Source: a virus (Duplodnaviria; Caudoviricetes). From it: a stretch of DNA of 36,132 nucleotides. Shown here one piece after another: positions 1-8,155 of this stretch. The position numbers were made by a program, and so were the translations under genes. The DNA lies in IMG/VR virus record IMGVR_UViG_3300031473_000004, positions 1 through 36,132 of that record; one strand, 5' to 3'. The notes beneath the pieces are model-generated. The model ran no database searches. It saw nothing but the letters and a program-made list of their open reading frames with translations, and was not told the origin of the DNA. The stretch's first letter is position 1, and each line of letters starts with the position of its first letter.

Positions 1-126
1 CCATCAGCGAACTGCTCGACATCTCATAACCAACCGACCCCGAAACTGTCCGACCCCACCCCTACCATCAACAACGAGAAGGAGCCTCCGCCCGAAGGTC
101 ATTTACACCGCACGCGGGACGCGACC
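1..126 (+). mobile_element. Possible right end of an IS256-family insertion sequence (ORF tail ...ISELLDIS* ending at 29, then terminal repeat-like sequence)
   Basis: TTTACACCGCACGCGGGACGCGACC at 102-126 resembles, from memory, actinobacterial IS256-family right ends (TACACC...GGGAC..GACC). The transposase itself is outside the window. Confidence 0.4.
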
Positions 127-210
127 CAGAGGACTGTCACATCTGTCATCTGACGGATGCTGCGCCACGGGTTAAACACCTGAGGCAGTGTGGCGACCAC
201 GTCCGACAAG

Positions 211-729
211 TCAGCCCGCCTCATCTGCGCCCTGCGCCCTGCGCTTGAGCGGGTCGCCCTCCCGACGAGCGATGACGTAGTCAGCCGGGGAGGAGGCGGC
301 TGCCCCGCGACTGCGTTTGCTCGGCGAGAAGTGCTTCCCGATGGCCTCCAAGCCCTCCTCGAGATCCTCGCCGGTGATGGACAGGCGATCTATGCGCTCG
401 ACGAGCACAGTCACGTCGAGCCCCGACGCGACGCGGAACGGTCCGCATGAGGCCCGCCACTCAGGTCGAGCCATGACGCCGGTGAGGCTGGCCACGGCGG
501 CCTCGCGCACCTCGCTCTCGTCGATCTCGAGGGCCAGGGCCAGTGCCTGGATGACGCTGCGCCTGGGCAGCTGTCGCAGGTGGACGGGGTTCATGTAGCG
601 GTGCAGCGTTGCGTGAGTCACACCGCGAGCCTCCACTTGCTTCGCGTCCCAGCCCCTGACGCGCATCCGTTCGACGATGAGCGCCTGCAACGGGGACATG
701 CCCCGAACCTTGGTGACCTGCTTCTTCAT
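211..729 (-). CDS. Immunity repressor (XRE/HTH-type)
   Basis: ATG at 729 preceded by GGGGGAG. N-terminal HTH-like region (GVTHATLHRYMNP...LPRRSVIQALALALEI). Divergent from a Cro-like gene. Confidence 0.75.
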   Translation of the reverse strand: MKKQVTKVRGMSPLQALIVERMRVRGWDAKQVEARGVTHATLHRYMNPVHLRQLPRRSVIQALALALEIDESEVREAAVASLTGVMARPEWRASCGPFRVASGLDVTVLVERIDRLSITGEDLEEGLEAIGKHFSPSKRSRGAAASSPADYVIARREGDPLKRRAQGADEAG

Positions 730-955
730 CGCAACTCCCCCCCGACACGCCACCGTTACCGAAGGACGTTACCGGTCCAGTCGCTAGACACAACCCCAGC
801 CGACACTGAGAGCCCTGCCCCTGACCTGCGTGGATGCCGGACCTGCGGAACTACAACCGTGCAACTACTTGACGTGGCCGTGTCCGGTAACGATGCTGTT
901 GGTCGAGTCGCTTGACTTGACGCCGGTTACTAGGCACGATGAGGGAAGTCCAAGG
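730..955. promoter_or_regulatory. Divergent lysis/lysogeny switch region with candidate operators and promoters
   Basis: CGTTACCG at 754-761 and 767-774, inverted copy CCGGTAACG at 884-892. Rightward TTGACT(912-917)-17 bp-CACGAT(935-940). Leftward TAACGT -10-like hexamer at 771-766. Confidence 0.55.
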
Positions 956-1255
956 ATGACGCGCCTGTCTCAACACGTCCGCTCGATGAAGGGCCGCTAC
1001 GTGGAGATCATCTCGGCAGAACGACTGGCTCTGCTGATGCGGGAGAAGGGCATCGGCCCAGTCCGCCTCGCCCGCTACTGCGAGCACACCAGCCACTCGT
1101 ACATCAGCCGCATGGCCGCAGGGCGCCCTGGTGCAAGGACCGTCACCGTCAAGACTGCAGAGCGCATCTCGGAGCTGCTTGGTGTCCCCGTCGGGCTGCT
1201 GTTTGTGGTCAAGGAAGTCAAGTCAGCGGACTCGACCCACAAGATCCCAGCATGA
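956..1255 (+). CDS. Cro-like HTH regulator
   Basis: LALLMREKGIGPVRLARYCEHTSHSYISRMAAG...TAERISELLGVPVGLLF is an XRE HTH pattern. First rightward gene. Confidence 0.8.
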   Translation: MTRLSQHVRSMKGRYVEIISAERLALLMREKGIGPVRLARYCEHTSHSYISRMAAGRPGARTVTVKTAERISELLGVPVGLLFVVKEVKSADSTHKIPA

Positions 1256-1473
1256 CCGCCCGCCCGATCGAGCCCGCCGCCCTGTCGGTCCCGCAGGCCG
1301 CCCAGTACCTGGGGATCTCAAGATCGCAGATGTACCGCCTGTCCGCTGAGTGCGGCGCCGGCTCTTCCGGCCTGCCCGTGGTGCACATCGGCGGGCGCCG
1401 GCTGTTCCGGCGCACCGACCTGGACCGCTACCTCTCCGCGCACGTCGTACGGCCCGGCCGGAGGACAGCGTGA
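1252..1473 (+). CDS. Excisionase-like HTH_17 DNA-binding protein
   Basis: LSVPQAAQYLGISRSQMYRL...LPVVHIGGRRLFRRTDLDRYL; ATGA overlap with cro. Confidence 0.85.
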   Translation: MTARPIEPAALSVPQAAQYLGISRSQMYRLSAECGAGSSGLPVVHIGGRRLFRRTDLDRYLSAHVVRPGRRTA

Positions 1474-2549
1474 GCACCGACGTCCTGCTCTCCGACATCG
1501 CCCGCGGCCTGCCCCCGGACAGCACCCCGGGCGTGCGCATCGCCGACGTGATCGTCGCCGACCGGGCCCGCAAGGACTACGGCGACCTGACCAGCCTCAC
1601 CGAGTCGATCGGCCAGCACGGGCTGCTGCAGCCCATCGGCGTGCTGCCCGGCAACCGGCTGCTGTTCGGCGGACGCCGCCTGGAAGCGTGCCGACGGCTC
1701 GGCTGGGAGTCGATCCCGTTCACCTGCCCGCGCACCCTGGACGACACGCTCGCTCTGCTGCAGGCCGAGCGGGACGAGAACACCTGCCGCAAGGACATGA
1801 CGCCCTCCGAGCTGGTCGGTCTGGGCCGGGCGATCGAGGAGCAGGAACGGCCCAAGGCCGAGGAGCGCAAGCACGAGGGCCAGAAGATCGGGTCGGCGAT
1901 CCGGGACGCCGACCTTGAGGATCCTGGGATCCGCAAGGTCGAGCGGGCTCGGATCAGGGAGACCATCGGTGCCGGCCTCGGCATCTCTGGCGCCAGCTAC
2001 CAGCGGGCAAGGCGGCTCGTCGTGGCCGCCGAGACCGGAGACGCCGCGGCGGTCGCGGCGGTTGAGCGGATGGATCGCAGCGGCAAGATCACCCCGGCGT
2101 ACAACGCCTGGAAGGCGCAGGCGCCGACCGTCGAGCCGACACCGGACCTGCCCGCGGCCGTCCCTTCCGGCTGGGACAGGACGCGCGAGGGCCAGCTCGC
2201 TCGTGTCGAGAAGGCCCGGGACCTCGCCGGGCGTGGCTACAGAAGCAGCCAGATCGCGTCAGCCCTCGGACTGAGCGAACAGCACACAAGGCTGATTTGC
2301 AGACGCGAAGGCATCACCATCCACGCTGACGAAGTGATCGGCCGCGCCCGCCGCATCGACGGCAACCGCGTCATCGAACAGACCGTCAGGTCCGCCGAAA
2401 GCTCAGCCGACCTGCTCCGCGCCGTCGACTACGGCGCCCTGGACCGCGCACTGCTCGGGGAATGGGTCAGCTCCCTCTCCGAGTCCCTGAAGGCCCTTCG
2501 AAGCCTCAAGACCACCTTGGAAAAGGAGCTGTCCCGTGTCCCAGAGTAA
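1470..2549 (+). CDS. ParB N-terminal-domain protein with downstream HTH regions
   Basis: GLLQPIGV...LLFGGRRLEACRRLGW...ERDENTCRKDMTPSE (GxRR motif). GTG start overlaps the previous stop. Confidence 0.85.
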   Translation: MSTDVLLSDIARGLPPDSTPGVRIADVIVADRARKDYGDLTSLTESIGQHGLLQPIGVLPGNRLLFGGRRLEACRRLGWESIPFTCPRTLDDTLALLQAERDENTCRKDMTPSELVGLGRAIEEQERPKAEERKHEGQKIGSAIRDADLEDPGIRKVERARIRETIGAGLGISGASYQRARRLVVAAETGDAAAVAAVERMDRSGKITPAYNAWKAQAPTVEPTPDLPAAVPSGWDRTREGQLARVEKARDLAGRGYRSSQIASALGLSEQHTRLICRREGITIHADEVIGRARRIDGNRVIEQTVRSAESSADLLRAVDYGALDRALLGEWVSSLSESLKALRSLKTTLEKELSRVPE

Positions 2550-3363
2550 CGGCAAAAACCGCGTCGAGCGAGAGGCACGCCTGCGCTGGGTGCCCATCGC
2601 ACTCATGCGCGTCTCACCCGTAGCCCAGCGCGACCTCAACCAGGCCCGGGTCGACAAGATGGCAGCCGACCCCGACCTCGAACAGCTCGGGACGCCGACG
2701 GTCAACCTCCGCGACGGCAGTTGGTACATCATCGACGGCCAGCACCGCATCAAGATGTTGGAGCAGATCGGCTACGGCGACCAGCAGGTCCAGTGCTGGG
2801 CGTACGAAGGCCTGACAGAGCAGGAGGAAGCGGAGAAGTTCCTTCAGCTCAACGATGTCCTGGCCGTCAATGCGTTCTTCAGGTTCCGGGTCGGGGTCGC
2901 GTCCGGACGGCCAGCTGAGACCGACATCGAGCGGGTCGTCCGCGCGCAAGGTCTGTGTGTCTCGCGGGACAAGATCCCCGGTGCTATCGGGGCGGTCGGC
3001 ACGCTCACCCGGATCTACCACCGATCTGGCGCGGCCGTACTCGCGCAGACGCTCGGGGTCATCCGCGATGCCTACGTCGATGCCGGTCTGGACGCGCCAG
3101 TCATCGACGGTATCGGCCTGCTCTGTGCCCGCTACGGCGGGGAACTCGACGTCCCGACGACGGTGCAGAAGTTGGGCAACGCGCACGGCGGTGTAAACGG
3201 CCTGCTCAACAAGGCCGAGTTCCTTCGCCGGCAGACCGGCAACTTGAAGGGCCACTGCGTCGCGGCTGCTGCCGTGGAGATCGTCAACGCGGGCCGAGGT
3301 GGCAAGAAGCTGTCTGGCTGGTGGCGTGAGGACGACCGCCGCCTTGAGTCCGTCCCCGCATGA
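2536..3363 (+). CDS. ParB-like DGQHR-motif protein (DUF6551-like)
   Basis: AQRDLNQARVDKMA...YIIDGQHRI...EAEKFLQLN. Confidence 0.75.
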   Translation: MSQSNGKNRVEREARLRWVPIALMRVSPVAQRDLNQARVDKMAADPDLEQLGTPTVNLRDGSWYIIDGQHRIKMLEQIGYGDQQVQCWAYEGLTEQEEAEKFLQLNDVLAVNAFFRFRVGVASGRPAETDIERVVRAQGLCVSRDKIPGAIGAVGTLTRIYHRSGAAVLAQTLGVIRDAYVDAGLDAPVIDGIGLLCARYGGELDVPTTVQKLGNAHGGVNGLLNKAEFLRRQTGNLKGHCVAAAAVEIVNAGRGGKKLSGWWREDDRRLESVPA

Positions 3364-3539
3364 CCACCACCACGCAGGACGGCGACCAGTACAAGGTCGG
3401 CGGCCCGCCGCCGCCCATCGACGGCAGCCCGGTCTGCCCGGCAGCGCATGACTGTTACTTCTGCACGTTGGACGCCGGCCACGCCGGCCAGCACGTCGCC
3501 GGCACCTTCAGTCTCGTCCACGTCGTGTGGCCGGCATGA
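3360..3539 (+). CDS. Small Cys/His-rich hypothetical protein (59 aa, not in ORF track)
   Basis: MTTTTQDGDQYKVGG...CPAAHDCYFCTLDAGHAGQHVAG...; ATGA overlaps at both ends. Confidence 0.7.
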   Translation: MTTTTQDGDQYKVGGPPPPIDGSPVCPAAHDCYFCTLDAGHAGQHVAGTFSLVHVVWPA

Positions 3540-3985
3540 GCGCCCCGACGGTCCTGCCGGCGCTGGACGAGGCCCTCGTCGCGCTGGCCCGGGCGTGGGT
3601 GGACAGCCCCGAGCGGGACACCTGGGACGCAGTGGTCGATGCGACCTGGGAGGCGATCACCAGTCGTCGCAGCGGTACAGCCGCGAACCGTCTCGGCCGG
3701 CTGCTCATCGGAGTCGCCTGGTCGCACGCCGACGACCTCGCCCTGCGGCTGGAGGACGTCGACCGCTTCTCCCGCGCTCTGGACGCCTACCGGACCGACG
3801 GCGAGCACCGGTGCTGCTGCGACGACGACTGCCCGGTCTGCGAGGGCGGGCGCGCGTGTGAGCGGTGCGAGGCCTTCCACGCCGACTGGCTCGCCGCCGC
3901 CCTGCTGCAACTGCGCCATCTGCTCGGGCAGGGCCGGGGCCGCGAGGAGCTCGACGCGCTCGACGCTCTCGCCGGTGCGGCATGA
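3536..3985 (+). CDS. Hypothetical protein with Cys cluster
   Basis: Overlap-coupled ORF containing HRCCCDDDCPVCEGGRACERC. Confidence 0.7.
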   Translation: MSAPTVLPALDEALVALARAWVDSPERDTWDAVVDATWEAITSRRSGTAANRLGRLLIGVAWSHADDLALRLEDVDRFSRALDAYRTDGEHRCCCDDDCPVCEGGRACERCEAFHADWLAAALLQLRHLLGQGRGREELDALDALAGAA

Positions 3986-4134
3986 CCGGGCCGTGCACGC
4001 TCACTGCCTGCCGGGTCTGCACCGAATGCGCGCACTCCCACCACGAGTTGTGCCGGCGTGTCGTGCGGTGCCCGTCCGATGGCGTGCGGCGGCCGTGCGG
4101 GTGCTGCGCCACTACCCGTCCCGGCCCGTCGTGA
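3982..4134 (+). CDS. Small Cys-rich hypothetical protein (50 aa)
   Basis: MTGPCTLTACRVCTECAHSHHELC...PCGCC; ATGA/GTGA overlaps. Confidence 0.6.
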   Translation: MTGPCTLTACRVCTECAHSHHELCRRVVRCPSDGVRRPCGCCATTRPGPS

Positions 4135-4343
4135 CCGCCACCTGGGCTGGGTCCGGCCCGCCCCCCTACCCCCGGCGGATGCACCCGCGCGTGCACGCGG
4201 CGCTCGTCTGGCTGCTGCTCATCCTCGCCGCCGTGGCGTTCCTCGCCGCCGGGGTGGTCGGGGAGCACCGGCGCTGCACGTCGCTGCGTGACACCGGCAG
4301 CCCACTCGCCTCGCAGTACTGCTCCGACGGAGGACGACCATGA
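4131..4343 (+). CDS. Small single-pass membrane protein
   Basis: Hydrophobic AALVWLLLILAAVAFLAAGVVG; overlaps at both ends. Confidence 0.65.
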   Translation: MTATWAGSGPPPYPRRMHPRVHAALVWLLLILAAVAFLAAGVVGEHRRCTSLRDTGSPLASQYCSDGGRP

Positions 4344-4969
4344 GTGCAGAAGCCGTACAAGAGCCGTCCGTCGAGGGCGTTCATGTGCTGGCCCTCGCCT
4401 TTGACCGGCTGCTGGCCAACGGCCTTGTGTTCGCCAGCCGCAACGCCACGACACCGGTCCTGGACGGCGTGCACCTGACCTACAGCGACACGCAGGTCAC
4501 CGCGTCCGCGACCGACCAGTTCTGTCTCTACCGGGAACGGATGGGCGCCGAGGTGGCGAGCAGTGCGGACTTCTCCGTGCTGATCCGCTCGGACGACGTG
4601 CGGACGCTCCGCCAACTCATCGCCTGTGCCCTGCGCGGCGCGGGCAGGACCAACCGCCAGGCCCTCACCGTCCACCTCGTCCACGACGGGGACCTGCGGG
4701 TGCAGGTGGGTCCGCTCACGGCGTCGATCAGTGGCTCGGAGGCTGGCTTCCCCGACGTCGACACTCTCATCGCGAAGGCGGAGGCCGACGTTACGGACAA
4801 GACCTACGGGCTGGTGCTGGACACGGCGCTGCTGGCGAAGCTGGCTGCGGTCGGCGACTCCAAGCCGTGGACGCTCTCTCAGGCCGCTGCGCTCAAGCCG
4901 GTACTGGCACGACCGCTGTCGACTGACAGGGACGTCGTGGTCCTCATCATGCCGGTGCGGCCGTCGTGA
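4340..4969 (+). CDS. Shortened DNA polymerase III beta sliding-clamp-like protein
   Basis: PVLDGVHL...ASATDQFCL, GFPDVDTLI and C-terminal VLIMPVR echo DnaN motifs. Only 209 aa. Confidence 0.7.
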   Translation: MSAEAVQEPSVEGVHVLALAFDRLLANGLVFASRNATTPVLDGVHLTYSDTQVTASATDQFCLYRERMGAEVASSADFSVLIRSDDVRTLRQLIACALRGAGRTNRQALTVHLVHDGDLRVQVGPLTASISGSEAGFPDVDTLIAKAEADVTDKTYGLVLDTALLAKLAAVGDSKPWTLSQAAALKPVLARPLSTDRDVVVLIMPVRPS

Positions 4970-5133
4970 GCGCCTCGGTCAAGCCGAAGCCGACCGGCCG
5001 CTACCGGTCCGGGCACTGCGGCATCGGCCTTCACGCGCACTGCCGGGGCGTCTACGCCGGCACCTACTGCACCTGCGGGTGCCACTTCCGCTGCGTCACC
5101 TGCGGGCAGACGCTCCCCATGGGGACACCATGA
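4966..5133 (+). CDS. Small Cys/His-rich hypothetical protein (55 aa, not in ORF track)
   Basis: VSASVKPKPTGRYRSGHCGIGLHAHCRGVYAGTYCTCGCHFRCVTCGQ...; fills the gap exactly with overlaps. Confidence 0.65.
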   Translation: MSASVKPKPTGRYRSGHCGIGLHAHCRGVYAGTYCTCGCHFRCVTCGQTLPMGTP

Positions 5134-5828
5134 CCGCCGTCCCCGCCGTGTTCGCTGCCTTCCTGGCGGTGTGCGCGGACATGGACGGGATCAGCAAGAG
5201 CCGCCGTGTGCAGGAAGGCCCGGCGCGCTTCGCCTTCCGCGGCGTCGACGACGTGATGAACGCCCTGCACGGGCCGCTCGCCAAGCACGGGCTGATCTGC
5301 GTCCCACAGGTACAGGAGCGCACCCCGGAGGCGCGACAGACCCGTAACGGCGGGACGATGAACGTGGTGCACCTGCGGGTGCGGTTCGCCTTCTTCGCCG
5401 CCGACGGGTCGACGTTCCATGCCGAGGCCTGGGGCGAAGGGCAGGACAGCGGCGACAAGGCGACCGGCAAGGCGCACAGCATGGCCTACAAGTCGGCGCT
5501 GCTGCAGGCGTTCCACGTCCCGACCGAAGACACGCCGGACGCCGACAGCGACACCACGCCGGCTGAGCCGGTCCGCGGGGCGCAGCGCGGGCCGCTCCCT
5601 GCCGGCGAGGACCAGTGGCAGCAGCCGGTCACAGATGCGGTGTGGGTGCGGGAGTGGAAGACCTCCGTCGTCGCAGCGAAGGACGACGACGACCTGCGGG
5701 CCTGCTGGGCGAACCTCGGCGCCGCTGTCACAGCCGGGCAGGTCGCTGACCCGGACAAGCTGGACCTGCAGGAGCTGTGGAAGGAACGGGCCCGCAAACT
5801 ACCCAAGACCGAGCAGGCGATGGCATGA
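5130..5828 (+). CDS. erf: ERF-family ssDNA-annealing recombinase
   Basis: FAFRGVDDVMNALHGPLAKHGL...GEGQDSGDKATGKAHSMAYKSALLQAFHVPT. Confidence 0.85.
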   Translation: MTAVPAVFAAFLAVCADMDGISKSRRVQEGPARFAFRGVDDVMNALHGPLAKHGLICVPQVQERTPEARQTRNGGTMNVVHLRVRFAFFAADGSTFHAEAWGEGQDSGDKATGKAHSMAYKSALLQAFHVPTEDTPDADSDTTPAEPVRGAQRGPLPAGEDQWQQPVTDAVWVREWKTSVVAAKDDDDLRACWANLGAAVTAGQVADPDKLDLQELWKERARKLPKTEQAMA

Positions 5829-6322
5829 CCTCGGTCGCGACGCTGCTCGTCGCCTCCCGGGTCCTGGCCGACCAGCTCAAGGCGGTCGACGCTGCGCTGC
5901 GAGCGCAGGCCGGCGCGGGGATGCTCGTCGGGGAACGTGCGGTCGCTGCTGTCGGGGACACCCCGATCGGCACCGTCACGCGAACGAAGCCCCGTGACGG
6001 CTCGACTACCGCGGCGGTGACCGACGAGGCGGCGCTGATCGCCTGGTGCGACGTGCACGCCCCGACCGAGGTCCAGACGGTCCGGTCCGTCCGGGTCGGG
6101 TTCCAGCGGGTGCTGCTAGACGCGGCGAAGAACGGTGGCTGGGTCGACAAGGCGACCGGGGAGGTCGTGGACGTCCCCGGGGTCACGGTGACCGAGGGCG
6201 CACCGGGTGCACCTGGGCTGATGGTGAAGCCTGCGGAGGACGCGGAGGGCGTGCTGCGGGCGGCGTGGCAGGACGGCCGGCTCGCCCTGTCCGAGCTGCT
6301 CGCGATCGGCGGTCCGTCGTGA
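5825..6322 (+). CDS. Hypothetical recombination-region protein (weakly Gam/Gp157-like C-terminus)
   Basis: TDEAALIAWC...VDKATGEVVDVPGVTV; follows erf. Confidence 0.6.
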   Translation: MTSVATLLVASRVLADQLKAVDAALRAQAGAGMLVGERAVAAVGDTPIGTVTRTKPRDGSTTAAVTDEAALIAWCDVHAPTEVQTVRSVRVGFQRVLLDAAKNGGWVDKATGEVVDVPGVTVTEGAPGAPGLMVKPAEDAEGVLRAAWQDGRLALSELLAIGGPS

Positions 6323-6714
6323 GGCGCACTGGTCCCGACACGGCGACTCGCGATGCGGTGTACGAGCGGGACGGCGGTCGGTGCGTGCGGTGCGGCTCCT
6401 CGCTCGGCTTGCAGGTGCACCATCGACGCGCGCGCGGGATGGGTAGCACGCGGCGGCCTGAGAGTCATGGCCTAGCCAATCTGGTGCTGCTGTGCGAGGA
6501 CCCCTGCCACCGCCGCGTCGAGTCTCACCGCACCGAGGCACTGGACTTCGGCTGGCTTGTTCCGCAGCACAAGGTCCCGGCCGAGGTGCCGATCTTCACT
6601 CGCGGCTTCGTCCTGTGGCTGCACGACGACGGCACCTCCACGCAGGATGCACCGTGCGACGGCACCTCCACCGAGGATCTCATCATCGAGCACGTCGAGC
6701 ACGGTGCCTCGTGA
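6319..6714 (+). CDS. HNH endonuclease
   Basis: RDGGRCVRCG...QVHHRRARGMG...NLVLLCEDPCHRRVE. Confidence 0.85.
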   Translation: MRRTGPDTATRDAVYERDGGRCVRCGSSLGLQVHHRRARGMGSTRRPESHGLANLVLLCEDPCHRRVESHRTEALDFGWLVPQHKVPAEVPIFTRGFVLWLHDDGTSTQDAPCDGTSTEDLIIEHVEHGAS

Positions 6715-6869
6715 GGGCGGTCGTGTGGTGCCTGACCGGGTGGCATCCGCTGCTGGTCCTCGGGGCGGCCTGGGGCGTCGGGCTGCTCGGGTTGGTCGGG
6801 CTGCTGTGGACGGCGCGGGTGTACGACGGCGAGCTCGGCGCCCTGGACCACGGGGACGGCCTGCGATGA
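6711..6869 (+). CDS. Small membrane protein
   Basis: LLVLGAAWGVGLLGLVGLLW; GTGA/ATGA overlaps. Confidence 0.6.
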   Translation: MRAVVWCLTGWHPLLVLGAAWGVGLLGLVGLLWTARVYDGELGALDHGDGLR

Positions 6870-7093
6870 GCGGCGAGACCTGCGAGAAGCGGCCCGACTA
6901 CCGCTCGATGTGCGGGCGCCCTGGACGGGCCGTCGTGTTCGCGTGCGTACACAAGCACGTCAGGTGCGTGGGGCTGTGTGAGCAGCACCGCGAAGAGGCG
7001 GCCACCCTCTCCCTCGTATGCGACTCGTGCAGGGAAGACCTGGAGCCGCACTCTTGCCGCGCGTGGCTGCTACCTGAGCGGGTGGCCCGATGA
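6866..7093 (+). CDS. Small Cys/His-rich hypothetical protein
   Basis: MSGETCEKRP...CVHKHVRCVGLCEQH...CDSC; overlap-coupled. Confidence 0.6.
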   Translation: MSGETCEKRPDYRSMCGRPGRAVVFACVHKHVRCVGLCEQHREEAATLSLVCDSCREDLEPHSCRAWLLPERVAR

Positions 7094-7332
7094 CCGGCAC
7101 CATGCCTGGTGGTCTGCGGGTGCTCCCGGCTACTCCGACCGCAGAGGACAGCATGACCGACCGTGGAGCCTGCGCAGGTCGCACCTACCTGGAGCGCGGC
7201 GTGCCCGTTGTCGTCCTGGTGGGCTGGCGCGGCCCGGGACCTCGCAACGTCCTGATCGCGCGCGCCGACGGGACGCTGGTTGTCCGCCCGTTCCGGGGCC
7301 TGCGCAGAGTGCTTGCCGGCGGTGCCGCATGA
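7090..7332 (+). CDS. Hypothetical protein
   Basis: Overlap-coupled ORF with beta-rich core (RTYLERGVPVVVLVGW...RNVLIARADGTLVVRPFRGLRR). Confidence 0.65.
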   Translation: MTGTMPGGLRVLPATPTAEDSMTDRGACAGRTYLERGVPVVVLVGWRGPGPRNVLIARADGTLVVRPFRGLRRVLAGGAA

Positions 7333-7871
7333 CCGCCCCCATGACCTCGGTGAGCACGCCGGGGACCGCCGCCGGGGCAGCGCGAGGGGAAGTCGCCGCC
7401 CCGGCGGCACCGCTCGTCATCACCGTCTACGGCACCCCGGCCACCCAGGGGAGCAAGACCCGCAACCGTTACGGCGGGGTGCGGGACGACAACGCCGTCA
7501 CCCTGCGGCCGTGGCGCGAAGCCGTGAAGCAGGCCGCGCTCGTCGTCATGCCCGGCCGGGAACGGCTCACCGGGCCGGTCAGCGTGACGGCGACGTTCTC
7601 CTTCGACCGCCCGCAGAGTCACTACGGCACCGGACGCAACGTAGGACGGCTGCGCGACAGCGCCCCGTCTCGTCCCGCGAACGCCCGTAGCGGCGACCTG
7701 GACAAGCTTCTGCGGGCGAGTTTCGACTCCCTCTCAGATGCCGGCGTGTGGCGGGATGACAGCCAGGTCGTCTCGTGCAGCGCCGTGAAGGGGTGGGTGG
7801 GCGAGACGTTGCCCGGACCCGGACTGCGCATCCCCGGCGCGGTCCTGATTGTCCGGGAGGTGTCCCGGTGA
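7329..7871 (+). CDS. rusA: RusA-like Holliday junction resolvase
   Basis: VYGTPATQGSK...DLDKLLRASFDSLSDAGVWRDDSQVV catalytic Asp motifs. Confidence 0.9.
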   Translation: MTAPMTSVSTPGTAAGAARGEVAAPAAPLVITVYGTPATQGSKTRNRYGGVRDDNAVTLRPWREAVKQAALVVMPGRERLTGPVSVTATFSFDRPQSHYGTGRNVGRLRDSAPSRPANARSGDLDKLLRASFDSLSDAGVWRDDSQVVSCSAVKGWVGETLPGPGLRIPGAVLIVREVSR

Positions 7872-8155
7872 GCGCGACGCAGGGCAAGCGGAACGCTGCC
7901 ACCATCTCGCCGCACAACGTCGCCACCGACCTCGGCCTACGCGGCAGTCAGGGCGTCATGCTGCTCACCTGGGACAGCGTGCTCGACCTCGCCGCAGCCG
8001 CCTACTGGACCCGCCGACGCGCACCCGCTGCGCGGTGCGGCTCCGAGCCCGGCTACCGCGCCCACACCGGCGCGCCCTGCCAGCCCTGCCGCCGGGCGCA
8101 CGCGACGGTCCGGGCCATCCGCAGGCGCCGCGCGTCACGGACGGAGGCGGCATGA
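7868..8155 (+). CDS. Hypothetical protein with C-terminal Zn-binding motif
   Basis: CGSEPGYRAHTGAPCQPCRRAH followed by a basic tail. Confidence 0.65.
   Translation: MSATQGKRNAATISPHNVATDLGLRGSQGVMLLTWDSVLDLAAAAYWTRRRAPAARCGSEPGYRAHTGAPCQPCRRAHATVRAIRRRRASRTEAA

Noticed and set aside
1470-3363. ParABS plasmid-prophage partition system
   Set aside because: No ParA or parS array is visible and the element adjoins a chromosomal gene.
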